From IMG/VR virus record IMGVR_UViG_3300037751_000116, positions 1 to 63,385 of that record: DNA of 63,385 nt, one strand, 5' to 3'. The stretch comes from a virus. Taxonomy: Duplodnaviria > Caudoviricetes. The translations under genes and the position numbers were made by a program. The notes beneath the pieces are model-generated. The model did no database searches. It saw only the letters and a list, made by a program, of their open reading frames with translations, and was not told the origin of the DNA. The stretch's first letter is position 1. Each line of letters starts with the position of its first letter. Below are positions 1-8,876 of the stretch, piece after piece.

Positions 1-906
1 TACACCCCTTTGGGGGCGGAGGTTATCACCGCGTCATGGTCAAATGCTGGAGCCGCCGACGGTGCTGGTTTCACCGTGGAGTTTGATGCGCCGGTTGGTG
101 ATCTCTGGTTGCACTATCAGCTTTACCAAAGCCGGATCAGTACCGATGCCTTTTATGTCAATGGATACTACTGCCGCTTCTGGTCCGGCCCCACTCAGGT
201 GTGCCGCGTTGATCTTGACGATGGTCAGTGGTATCTGCAAACGGGAGACGATGCTACTCGTATTGCTCTGGTTCTACCAACGGCTATGACCACGGATACG
301 TGGGACTTCCAGATAACGTTTGATGGTAGCGACTATACCATGGAGTTGTTTATCAACCAGCTCTCCGCCGGTTCTCTGGGACCGTTCTCTATTGCGGGTG
401 GCGGGGCTGTCGACCGGATCACCTTTGACCATTACCATATGTTGAACAACAGCACACCGGGGGTTTGGGCGTATTCGGAAATGATCGTGACCGATGGCGA
501 ACCTACTCTCGGTTGGCGTATGGCAACCTTGGCCCCCGACGCTAATGGTGCAGACACGTCATGGGATGGCGATTTCGCGGGGGTGGTCGAGGCGGGCGAT
601 GGTCAGTCAATCTCGACCTCAGTCGTGGGCAATCGAGAGTCGTGGGATATTTCGCCGTACAACGGCCCGGCCGTCTCGGTAAGCATCCGGGCGGTGGTCA
701 ATAAGTACCGTGGGAACAAAGGAGTTACGGGTCCGCAGAACGTGACCCCCTACACCCGCCACGGAGCCACAATTGAGGACGGAACTCCGTACAGCCCTGA
801 CGGTACTGATCATCTGGCGGTACTTGATAACAACCCGGATACCGGGGTTCCGTGGGAACCAGCCGATCTTGCGACTCTTCAAGTCGGCGTAAAAGCTGAC
901 ATCTAA
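1..906 (+). CDS. Tail-associated / receptor-binding protein, 5'-truncated
   Basis: Frame is open from base 1 (YTPLGAEV...); beta-rich and acidic; C-terminal NPDTGVPW...LQVGVK; lies between baseplate and fibre genes; N-terminus probably at 63339. Confidence 0.65.
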   Translation, partial: YTPLGAEVITASWSNAGAADGAGFTVEFDAPVGDLWLHYQLYQSRISTDAFYVNGYYCRFWSGPTQVCRVDLDDGQWYLQTGDDATRIALVLPTAMTTDTWDFQITFDGSDYTMELFINQLSAGSLGPFSIAGGGAVDRITFDHYHMLNNSTPGVWAYSEMIVTDGEPTLGWRMATLAPDANGADTSWDGDFAGVVEAGDGQSISTSVVGNRESWDISPYNGPAVSVSIRAVVNKYRGNKGVTGPQNVTPYTRHGATIEDGTPYSPDGTDHLAVLDNNPDTGVPWEPADLATLQVGVKADI

Positions 907-926
907 TATCAGAAAGGACTACCACC

Positions 927-1901
927 ATGCCGGGCGTTTATCCTAATAGCGGCGTGCCCGCTGCACAGACCTCCAATGGGGTCGACGTTGACAGCGAGAA
1001 CTGCGCTGGTAACGAACTTTTCTACTCGGTCATCCGCTGCCAACCGCGGTTCGATCCCGCCGCCATGAATGCGGTCATTTCCGAAATCCTGAACCTTGCT
1101 ACCTGCGACGGTGAGGCGTACGATTGTTCCCGGCTCGACAACCTTTGCCGGGCGGTTACCGCATTGTCCGGTATTCAGCCCGCCGTCGTCGGGTTTACGG
1201 TCCGCCCCGGCGGTATGGTCTATTGCGAGGATGATCAAGTCTACTGGAACTCAACCGGCTCCGATGTAGTCCTTACCGGCACCTCGTGCGAGGACCTTGG
1301 GTCGGACGGATTGACCGCGATCAATGCGGCACCGGGGGGTCTATTCTTTTCGGCGCCTATTATAGGTGCCGGTACCGAGGGCGTCCCTTATACAGTTCGG
1401 GAAGCCACCGAGCTTTTGCGCGGCTCCGTCCGGCTCGCCTCTGCCCTAGAGGTTAACGCCGGGACCAATACGACCGCCGTTGTTACCCCGGCTGGCTTGG
1501 CGCAGTGGCTCTGCAACCTCGAACCTCTGACTGGTCCTGAGGTCGCTAGCCTAGATGGCAGTGAGTTGGCTGCGATTTGTTTTGAAGATGGACCGCGATC
1601 TTTGACTCTTGACCAACTGGCTACGGTTGTCGGTGGGGTTAGTCAGAACCCATTTGACTATCCGTTGTCGGACCCTCTTGATTGGTCTCTGTCAAACAGC
1701 AGTCATGGTGGTTCACTTCTGGGACCAGCGGCACCCGCGAACGCGCCACAACAAGGAGTCTGGGAAATACGACCCTTTGGCGAAGATGTTGAGGGTATTC
1801 CGACAATCTTTCCAACAAGGTTTGTCCTTCCGGGCGGCACCACCAGTCCTCCATTGGACGGAAATGACGCACAGCTGGTCTGGCGTCCGACCGGGCTATA
1901 A
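927..1901 (+). CDS. Tail fibre protein
   Basis: RBS aaagga; Cys-rich baseplate-attachment-like N-terminus (MNAVISEILN...DCSRLDNL); fibre repeat ATELLRGSVRLASALEVNAGTNTTAVVTPAGL. Confidence 0.75.
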   Translation: MPGVYPNSGVPAAQTSNGVDVDSENCAGNELFYSVIRCQPRFDPAAMNAVISEILNLATCDGEAYDCSRLDNLCRAVTALSGIQPAVVGFTVRPGGMVYCEDDQVYWNSTGSDVVLTGTSCEDLGSDGLTAINAAPGGLFFSAPIIGAGTEGVPYTVREATELLRGSVRLASALEVNAGTNTTAVVTPAGLAQWLCNLEPLTGPEVASLDGSELAAICFEDGPRSLTLDQLATVVGGVSQNPFDYPLSDPLDWSLSNSSHGGSLLGPAAPANAPQQGVWEIRPFGEDVEGIPTIFPTRFVLPGGTTSPPLDGNDAQLVWRPTGL

Positions 1902-1945
1902 TACTTACTACCAACCTCAACCCAACTGTACAGGAGATTTGTACT

Positions 1946-2113
1946 ATGATCAAGAAAAGCTTAATCCCCGTCGTGGTCGTTCTGGCCTTGATGCTTGCGG
2001 CGGTGTTCTTTTTGAACCCGACCGGCGGTTCCAACGTCGGCGACCCAGAGGGCGGCGGAGAGGCCGCTGGTGGGAACGATGGTTCCGGTGGCTCTGGCGG
2101 AGGGGACAAGTAA
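1946..2113 (+). CDS. 55-aa single-pass membrane protein with Gly/acidic tail (not in ORF track)
   Basis: RBS caggag; MIKKSLIPVVVVLALMLAAVFFLNPTGGSNVGDPEGGG...GDK; its stop abuts the holin start. Confidence 0.7.
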   Translation: MIKKSLIPVVVVLALMLAAVFFLNPTGGSNVGDPEGGGEAAGGNDGSGGSGGGDK

Positions 2114-2338
2114 GTGCAACAAGAGGAACTGCACCTACTGAAGTCGCGGTCCTTCTGGTTGGTGGTGGCGTCAATCGTCATCACCATCACCACAAACGCG
2201 GGCTATACTCTACCGATCAAGGATCACGAACTTGCAGCTTTGCTGCCCGAACTCGTATCTGCGATCTTGATGGTATGGGCTTACGTGGAACGCTACTTCG
2301 GTAAGAAAAAGCTGAGGGTTCGCCGTGTTCGGTCTTGA
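2114..2338 (+). CDS. Putative holin
   Basis: 74 aa, two hydrophobic segments, basic C-terminus, KSRSFW motif, located in lysis cassette. Confidence 0.7.
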   Translation: MQQEELHLLKSRSFWLVVASIVITITTNAGYTLPIKDHELAALLPELVSAILMVWAYVERYFGKKKLRVRRVRS

Positions 2339-2564
2339 TCTCGAAATCATCGGCGGCGGCATAGCCGCCCTGCTAATCCTTGTCGCATCGTGGGTGCGCC
2401 GGGGGCGAAAACTGAAACGCATCAAAGATGCCTTGAAATCGGAGGCTGCTAAAGATGAAATACTTGACGACATGGAGCGTTCTGTTCCTCAGTCTTTTCA
2501 CATTGACCGCTTGCTTGCAAAGCGAACCTCTGATACCAAAACCGACGGTGACGACGGTAGTTAA
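2325..2564 (+). CDS. Putative i-spanin (Rz-like)
   Basis: N-terminal TM followed by charged helix; overlaps a lipoprotein gene in another frame. Confidence 0.65.
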   Translation: MFGLDLEIIGGGIAALLILVASWVRRGRKLKRIKDALKSEAAKDEILDDMERSVPQSFHIDRLLAKRTSDTKTDGDDGS

Positions 2565-2721
2565 GGAAGTCTGTGCGGAGTTTCAGCCGGTCAACATCGA
2601 GCTGGCCACGAAACACCTTGATCTCGACAGCGTAGCATCCGACCCAGAGGCGGTTGATATGTTTCGTCGAATTGAGGCCAACGAGGCGCGGCGTAAGTCG
2701 TGTGCAGGGGAGTCTAAATGA
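2455..2721 (+). CDS. Putative o-spanin lipoprotein (Rz1-like)
   Basis: Signal peptide with lipobox LTAC; overlapping arrangement with i-spanin. Confidence 0.75.
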   Translation: MKYLTTWSVLFLSLFTLTACLQSEPLIPKPTVTTVVKEVCAEFQPVNIELATKHLDLDSVASDPEAVDMFRRIEANEARRKSCAGESK

Positions 2722-3455
2722 CCTATGATCTTAAGAAAGTTCAACAAGCTTTGAATGACCGCGGGTTCGAGGGCGCGAACGGCTTACCGTTGACGATCGA
2801 CGGGATAGCCGGGCCGAATACCAGTCACGCTATTCGATCCTTTAAGCGGTCGGTAGGGCTAGCCGATCGTGATTACGTCGGTCCCCTGACCTACGCGAAG
2901 CTGACCGGCGATGATGCAGATGTGCGCGCCAAAGTGCCGAACTCGAGAGCTAACCCACCTTGGTTCAACGAACTACTCGGGATGATGGGAACTCACGAGA
3001 CCAGAGACCATGCCGCACTATCCTTATGGCTGGCCTCCGATGGGGCTACCGTGGGCGATCCCTCGTCGATCCCGTGGTGTGGTGATGCAGTGGAAACCGC
3101 CATCCGGCTCGCTCTGCCCGGTATCCCGGTTCCTGAAAACCCCTACCTCGCATCCAATTGGACGAAGTGGGGTGTTCCCTGCAAACCGGCTTTAGGGTGC
3201 CTCTTGGTATTCTGGCGCGGGTCGCCTGACAGTTGGCAGGGTCACATCGGTTTCTATGCCGGGGAGTCAGACAGCAGTTATTATGTTCTGGGTGGAAACC
3301 AAAAGAACTCGGTTTCAATCGCGCCTATCAGCAAGACCCGGCTTCGTAAAGGCGGCTCACGGTGGCCAGATCATACCATGCACCCGGACGTGCCCCCACC
3401 ATCGGACCGCGTGGTCCGAATGTCGGGCGGAACCATCAGCACGAATGAAGCGTAA
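2718..3455 (+). CDS. Endolysin: peptidoglycan-binding domain plus NlpC/P60/CHAP-like (TIGR02594-type) peptidase
   Basis: VQQAL...DGIAGPNT...F...DYVGPLT PG-binding motif; PWCG, GHIGFY, LGGNQ catalytic motifs. Confidence 0.9.
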   Translation: MTYDLKKVQQALNDRGFEGANGLPLTIDGIAGPNTSHAIRSFKRSVGLADRDYVGPLTYAKLTGDDADVRAKVPNSRANPPWFNELLGMMGTHETRDHAALSLWLASDGATVGDPSSIPWCGDAVETAIRLALPGIPVPENPYLASNWTKWGVPCKPALGCLLVFWRGSPDSWQGHIGFYAGESDSSYYVLGGNQKNSVSIAPISKTRLRKGGSRWPDHTMHPDVPPPSDRVVRMSGGTISTNEA

Positions 3456-3458
3456 TAG

Positions 3459-3492
3459 AAGGGCTGACCGATGGGTCAGCCCTTTTTCTTTT
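3459..3492 (+). terminator. Intrinsic terminator at the convergence of the late (+) and replication (-) blocks
   Basis: aagggctgacc-gatg-ggtcagccctt stem followed by T-run. Confidence 0.85.
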
Positions 3493-3724
3493 GTTCAAAG
3501 CGGTCAAGGAACTCGGTGAGCGGACGGCTGAACTCAATCATCGCCGATGTGAGGGGCGCATAGCTAACGAGTGGCTCTAAATCCGACTCTCGCAGGCTGA
3601 CCGAGCGAACTACGTAGTAGCCCCCGTGAATATGCTGGTAGAGTGCACCTAGTTGCACCTTTGCCCGCGCCTTAGAGAGCATTCGTTTCAGTTCAGAGTT
3701 TGTCAATCTTTCTTCAGTAGCCAT
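3476..3724 (-). CDS. DUF1653-like protein
   Basis: YQHIHGGYYVV...LVSY...RPLTEFLDRF pattern. Confidence 0.65.
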   Translation of the reverse strand: MATEERLTNSELKRMLSKARAKVQLGALYQHIHGGYYVVRSVSLRESDLEPLVSYAPLTSAMIEFSRPLTEFLDRFEQKKKG

Positions 3725-4034
3725 TGGATTTACCTCGTATAAAGTTGAAACAATCGTTTAGGAACTCCGGGGTTACCGGGGTCCCTTGGTTCAGGTTATT
3801 GAATACTGGTAAGCCTTCAACGACCTCATAGCTGATACCACCGCCCGATCCGATACGGGTTTGCCAGAAGTCGAAAAGCTCCGATCCGATATGGCTACCC
3901 TGAATAAAGCAAAACCGTGGCTTGTGACCCATTGCCTCGCGTTGGCTCACATTGGGATGGTAGGCGTTACCCTCTCGGGTAGGGACCAGATGTATGCCGC
4001 AGAACGGGCAAGCCTTAAGCTCCGACGGGGTCAT
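3714..4034 (-). CDS. Hypothetical protein with Lar-like N-terminus
   Basis: ELKACPFCG motif. Confidence 0.55.
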   Translation of the reverse strand: MTPSELKACPFCGIHLVPTREGNAYHPNVSQREAMGHKPRFCFIQGSHIGSELFDFWQTRIGSGGGISYEVVEGLPVFNNLNQGTPVTPEFLNDCFNFIRGKSNGY

Positions 4035-4237
4035 CGCTGCACGGTCGCTAGTTCAGTTTCCAGTTTCTCGACCTTGGCAACCAGATCGTCGATAAGGTTG
4101 ATAAGGGCGCGGAGATCGTCGCCACTTATACCGTAGGTGCCTCGGTTTTGAAGTTCGATTTTTAGTCGAAAGAACTCGGAGCGATCAAACGCCCCGTCGG
4201 TCAGAAGTAAAAGGCTAGAGAGTGGAACCGCGGCCAT
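4031..4237 (-). CDS. Hypothetical protein (68 aa)
   Basis: RBS ggag before MAAVPL; overlaps the next gene by 4 nt. Confidence 0.6.
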   Translation of the reverse strand: MAAVPLSSLLLLTDGAFDRSEFFRLKIELQNRGTYGISGDDLRALINLIDDLVAKVEKLETELATVQR

Positions 4238-4343
4238 GGGGTGGGACTCCTTAAACAATGGCTGAGACTTGATATTACGGGGGTAGGAGGCGCAACTTCG
4301 CAATCTAGCTAGGGAAGGCAAGGGAAGCGCGGTAACGCGCCTC

Positions 4344-4502
4344 CTATGGCCCGTTTTTGGCGGGCGCTTTACTGCAGAACCCGAGCCACGCCGGGTCTTT
4401 GCCGGGGCAGTTGGGGCCAGTCGCAGTGGCAACCACCGTGAAGGTATAGCAGGCGGTCAATACGACGGTGAATAGCAAGGGGTAGAACAAAAACTTATCC
4501 AT
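4344..4502 (-). CDS. 52-aa putative lipoprotein / membrane peptide (not in ORF track)
   Basis: RBS gagg; MDKFLFYPLLFTVVLTAC lipobox-like; Cys pair in the mature part. Confidence 0.5.
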   Translation of the reverse strand: MDKFLFYPLLFTVVLTACYTFTVVATATGPNCPGKDPAWLGFCSKAPAKNGP

Positions 4503-4504
4503 GG

Positions 4505-4855
4505 TCATTTTACCTCGTAGGCGTATGAGTAGAGTTCACTGGCGATCAAGCAAGTATCCGATAGTCCGTAATCAAACGCTTGCAGCCGGAAAGCGCCCAC
4601 ACCCTTATCGTAGGCATTTTCCGCGAGTAAAAGTAGGGGTTCTGAAGTATCCTCTACCGCTAGAAAGAACTTGACCAGCGCGACCGCATAGTTATTAGCG
4701 ATCTTGAAATCACAATGGGCAGCGGCACCGCTGATATAACCAGCTTTGTTAGCTGCCAGTAGCGCCGACTCCATAGCAGCTACAACCTCCCGACTACCCT
4801 GTGCCGCTGCCCCCACGGGGGCCAAGAGGGCGGCGGCTAAAATGATTTTGAACAT
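4505..4855 (-). CDS. Exported protein with signal peptide
   Basis: MFKIILAAALLAPVGAAAQ signal peptide; two Cys. Confidence 0.65.
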   Translation of the reverse strand: MFKIILAAALLAPVGAAAQGSREVVAAMESALLAANKAGYISGAAAHCDFKIANNYAVALVKFFLAVEDTSEPLLLLAENAYDKGVGAFRLQAFDYGLSDTCLIASELYSYAYEVK

Positions 4856-4872
4856 CGTTCAGTTCCTTTTGT

Positions 4873-5808
4873 TCAGAGACCCAGTTTTGATGCGGTCTCG
4901 TTAAGTTTCGCTTTCGCCTCGTCCTTGGTCGGGTTCATCTGCATACCCATAAGACCCCAACGTTCGGCGCAGATAGGACCGATACCACGGGCAATGCTTT
5001 CGTCTTTGGTAAGCTCCCGACCACAGCAGGCGCAGCGACCGGTGCGGTTGCCGTAGCGGATGGCTGCGGCGGTCGGATCAAGAGCAATCGCGGCAAGCGG
5101 TTCGATGGCAAGAGAATTACCCTTGTAGCGCATATCCGGGCCGATCTTACCGAAGTAGGTTTCGCTTTCGATTTCTTTTACGTATAGAAATCCCGGGTTG
5201 TTACCGTGATCCGGCGCGCGGCTAATCAAAAGACCTTCAGCGCGGTATTTAGGGCTTTTGTACCCGCTGGCCACCGCTCGGTCAAACATTTCCTTGATCG
5301 AAAGAAGGTTGACGGTAGGAGCATCGGCGTCCCGCTTGATCTCTGCGGTTTTCCTCTCCGCCTCTTTGGCGGCGAGTTTGTCGATCATGGAGTTCAGTGA
5401 GGCGATCTGACGGTCGCTCCAATGCTTGCCGTTCTGGTGCTGTTCCATAAGGCTACCGGCGAAGGTTGACCAACCGCTGGCCTCAATCAAAATGTTCATG
5501 CGGGTTTCGCCGCCAATAGCCGCCTCATTATCCGCCATCGCTTCGGTAGCCTTGCGCCGTTTAAGATCGTAGGCGCTCTGGTTGGCTTTGGCGCGGGCCT
5601 CAGGGCTGGTTACGAGATAACCGCGTCCGTGGCAGGTATTGCATTTTGCGTTGCCGTGACGGTTGCGACCACCCCTCCAAAAACCGGAGCCGCCGCAGCT
5701 TTCGCACTTGAACTTGCGGCGCTCGAACTTAGGGTCTACCGTCTTCGTGGGTATGGCGACGGTTTCATTCAAAAGGCCGTCTACGAAGTCATCGAAAGAA
5801 TTGGTCAT
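4873..5808 (-). CDS. Zinc-finger protein with DUF6011-like C-terminus
   Basis: CESCGGSG/CNTCHGRG repeats; CACCGRELT...GIGPICA. Confidence 0.7.
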   Translation of the reverse strand: MTNSFDDFVDGLLNETVAIPTKTVDPKFERRKFKCESCGGSGFWRGGRNRHGNAKCNTCHGRGYLVTSPEARAKANQSAYDLKRRKATEAMADNEAAIGGETRMNILIEASGWSTFAGSLMEQHQNGKHWSDRQIASLNSMIDKLAAKEAERKTAEIKRDADAPTVNLLSIKEMFDRAVASGYKSPKYRAEGLLISRAPDHGNNPGFLYVKEIESETYFGKIGPDMRYKGNSLAIEPLAAIALDPTAAAIRYGNRTGRCACCGRELTKDESIARGIGPICAERWGLMGMQMNPTKDEAKAKLNETASKLGL

Positions 5809-5870
5809 TGGGTCAGGTCCTTTGCTTGCTTTCCTATTCTTTAAAGTAGTATTAGATACAAATCAAGAAT
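5809..5870 (-). promoter_or_regulatory. Sigma70-type promoter plus conserved leader
   Basis: TTGATT-17-TAAAGA then gaaagcaagcaaagga before ATG. Confidence 0.6.
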
Positions 5871-5874
5871 TATT

Positions 5875-7920
5875 TTAGTCTGCCTCACCCCAACTTGGCC
5901 CGGCGCTAATATCAATCATAACTGGAACCTTAATCTGCGGTACCGCATTTTCCATGACTCGCTTAAACTCGGCCCACCAAGGTCCGTTAGGATCATTCAC
6001 GTCATCGAAGTCAAGTTCATCGTGGACGGTCAGTAGAGGAATGCCGCAAGCATCCTCCGAAAACAGCCCTGCCTCATACGCTTCGACCATTGCTTTTTTC
6101 ATAACATCCGCCGCGCCGCCCTGCAGTTTTCGGTTCAGCGCCTTATGGGTGTTGGCTCGTTCGATCCCATAGGTACCCCATTTGTCAATCGCTGCCTCGT
6201 AGCTAAGAGAACGGCGTTCTTTATCATACCCCTTTTTACCCCAACTAGTGAAGTCAGATTTACGACCTAGGATCGTCTCTACGTATCCCATACGGTGGAC
6301 TTCTTGCACCGCAGCGTCCATGGTCTCTTTGATGTAAGGGGCTGCGGTATGATAGTTGGCGAACAGTTCCTTTCCGCCTGCCTTACTAAGACCTAGGTCG
6401 CCAATAAGCTTAAGCTCTGACATTCCGTAGATTAGACCAAAGTTGATGTTCTTAATCGGGCGTCGTTCCATTTTCATACCGGTAAGGCGGGCTACCAGAT
6501 CGGTCGTCCTTACGTGGAAGTCGGTATCGGGTCGCTGGTTATACTCCAGCCTCAATTCGTCCGCGCCCTCGCCTACGGCGTGATGCGCCAGCATACGGTA
6601 CTCGATCTGGGAGTAGTCCGCTTTTCGCCATACGCCGCCGCCCTTAAAGCAAGTTCGTACCTTCTTACCTATTTCACTTCGAACAGGAATATTCTGAAGG
6701 TTTGGGTCCGAAGAACTGAACCGGCCCGATCGTGCACCGCCTCCGTCGTTCTTAAGCGGATGGAACGAGCAGTGGACTCGTCCGTTTATATTCTTGTCCA
6801 TGATATACGATTTAACGAATACGTCACGGACCTTGGTCGTACGCTTATGCTCCAGAACCGCCGCCGCCAAAGGATGGTCAATCGCCTCCAGCCGTGGAGC
6901 GTCGAACGATACCTTACGTTCTTTGGTCTTGGTGTCGATCTTGGTCGGGATAGGTATGCCTAGTTTATTAAAGGCGGAGGTCATGCTGTCGCGGGCGTTC
7001 GGATTAACTGGTTGCCCGGCTATATCCAATAGCTGTTTTTCCATGATCACCAGGTCGTTCGATAGATCATCGTAGATATGCTGAGTGCGCTCCAGATCGA
7101 CCGGGGCACCCTTAATACGCATTGCTACTAGCAAGGGAATAAGACGGCACTCAATATCAAATAGCTCCAGCACCCCGCGTCGGTGCATAGCTTCCCATTG
7201 TTTAGCCAGTATTGCTACAGGTAGCGCGGCGTCCGCTTCAGCGTAGGGACCAGCTAGGCTAGGCGGACTAAGGTAGAGATTAGCCCGCTGACGCTCAGTG
7301 GCTCGACCACCACACCAATGGGATAACCATTCGTAGAGATCATTCGTGACCTTACCCGTCCCCAAGTATCGGTTGGATAGGCTATCCAAATCGACCTTGG
7401 GGGTCTCTGAGTTCAACAGAGCTTCAGCGAATTGAATATCGTATAGAGGACCACGAACTTTCACCCCCTCGTGAGCTAACCAACCCACATCGTATATAAG
7501 GTTCGCTCCCACCTTGGGACGGTAATCTCCTAATACATGCTGGAGATACCGTAGGACCTGCGCGGGGTCCATATTGTGCGCGACCTCCGTAGCGGGTAAA
7601 ACTTGCTCACCGTTTTCGATCCCGTGGCGCATAGGGAAATACCAACTCGTTCCATCCTCAACGGCCAGCGATGCCCCGATGATGTGACCCCTGCCCCGCC
7701 CGAAACCCGGACCCGCTGAGTTTAGTTCTGGGTCCCATGTCTCCGTGTCGAAGCCTATAACCTTCGCGGCGCTGAGATTAGGAAATTCGGTAGGGGTGCG
7801 CCATCCGGTTTCTGGTATCGGCGGTATCGACCCGCGCTCACGGGGGCCGCGTTTCGATCCAGCCTTAACCACGGGCAGGTCTTGCCAGAAAAGACCAATT
7901 GCGTCGGTTCTCTTACTCAA
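5875..7920 (-). CDS. polA: Family A DNA polymerase (3'-5' exonuclease plus polymerase)
   Basis: FDTET exo I; GRFSSSDPNLQNIP; DYSQIE motif A; KNINFGLIYG motif B; VHDE motif C. Confidence 0.97.
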   Translation of the reverse strand: MSKRTDAIGLFWQDLPVVKAGSKRGPRERGSIPPIPETGWRTPTEFPNLSAAKVIGFDTETWDPELNSAGPGFGRGRGHIIGASLAVEDGTSWYFPMRHGIENGEQVLPATEVAHNMDPAQVLRYLQHVLGDYRPKVGANLIYDVGWLAHEGVKVRGPLYDIQFAEALLNSETPKVDLDSLSNRYLGTGKVTNDLYEWLSHWCGGRATERQRANLYLSPPSLAGPYAEADAALPVAILAKQWEAMHRRGVLELFDIECRLIPLLVAMRIKGAPVDLERTQHIYDDLSNDLVIMEKQLLDIAGQPVNPNARDSMTSAFNKLGIPIPTKIDTKTKERKVSFDAPRLEAIDHPLAAAVLEHKRTTKVRDVFVKSYIMDKNINGRVHCSFHPLKNDGGGARSGRFSSSDPNLQNIPVRSEIGKKVRTCFKGGGVWRKADYSQIEYRMLAHHAVGEGADELRLEYNQRPDTDFHVRTTDLVARLTGMKMERRPIKNINFGLIYGMSELKLIGDLGLSKAGGKELFANYHTAAPYIKETMDAAVQEVHRMGYVETILGRKSDFTSWGKKGYDKERRSLSYEAAIDKWGTYGIERANTHKALNRKLQGGAADVMKKAMVEAYEAGLFSEDACGIPLLTVHDELDFDDVNDPNGPWWAEFKRVMENAVPQIKVPVMIDISAGPSWGEAD

Positions 7921-8876
7921 TGTGACAACCCGATGATAGCGCCGCGCACCCGTTCACCTTGGAACAGGGAAGGCGACGGATAAGATGAAAAATCTATATG
8001 GGTTGCAACCCCGTCTAGGAGAGCGAGCATAATCAGTTTATAAACCCCCTCGCTGTGCAGCCCTTCGACGTTGTAAGAGGCTCCTAACCCCTCCACTTGC
8101 TCGGTCTGAACCTTGCCATCCCGAAAATATACAATACCCTGTTTATTGATAAACGGTTTTATCTTTTCGAGACCTTCGAACAACTCCGTAGGCATAGGTC
8201 GCAGATCAGCGGCACCGCCTAGAACCTCGCTGAGGTCAGGCCACTCGGTACTGAAAAGTTGGGTTCGTATCCACCGGCCATTGGAGTAGTGAAAGGTTAT
8301 GCTATGCTCGGTCATTTGTGCGGATATGGGAGGTTCCTTAACCCGCGCCATTTCTTTCACCGCAGCCTGTGGAATGTTCACCGTAATGGGTATATCAACT
8401 CCTAACCAATACTCCACAAGGCAGACGTTATTTGTAGCGAACGCGCTCTGGCCTCTGAGCATAATACCGTTGGTCCATATTCTCGACGCGTCATTACCGA
8501 TAAACGGAGAGAGAACTTTGATAGCATCCATTAGAGCGGTGCCGTCGATCTCGACCACCTCACCGGCGGGCAAAAGGTGCGGTGACTCCCCCTCAATACA
8601 ATCTATATAAGCCCGAAAGGCTCCACTCTCAACCCGCAACCTACCGCTAGGAGTCATACCCAGAGACATCACGTCCTCACAGTTTCCGATTGCTGATACC
8701 AGCGGTAGAGCTTGCGGCTTGCAGTCGACGGCAAAATCTATGGGAGAGGCTAGAGCGATCATTCCGTTGTAAGCTCGAATAACCCCGCCCTCAATAGCGA
8801 AGTACTTCATTTCAGGCACCAGGTCTTTGGTGCTTACCGCTCCTCTGACGAAACGCATCGTCTCTAGCATATCCAT
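7917..8876 (-). CDS. DNA polymerase III beta-clamp-like protein
   Basis: 319 aa; AVSTKDLVPEMK N-terminus, DASRIWTNGI and ATN motifs resemble DnaN; coupled to polA. Confidence 0.7.
   Translation of the reverse strand: MDMLETMRFVRGAVSTKDLVPEMKYFAIEGGVIRAYNGMIALASPIDFAVDCKPQALPLVSAIGNCEDVMSLGMTPSGRLRVESGAFRAYIDCIEGESPHLLPAGEVVEIDGTALMDAIKVLSPFIGNDASRIWTNGIMLRGQSAFATNNVCLVEYWLGVDIPITVNIPQAAVKEMARVKEPPISAQMTEHSITFHYSNGRWIRTQLFSTEWPDLSEVLGGAADLRPMPTELFEGLEKIKPFINKQGIVYFRDGKVQTEQVEGLGASYNVEGLHSEGVYKLIMLALLDGVATHIDFSSYPSPSLFQGERVRGAIIGLSH

Noticed and set aside
1609-2304. 231-aa ORF spanning the fibre-holin junction
   Set aside because: Overlaps three better-supported genes in other frames.
5875-7920. 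Intein or intron in the polymerase (also checked helicase and terminase)
   Set aside because: ORFs are continuous and of normal length, with no splice-junction or homing-endonuclease motifs.
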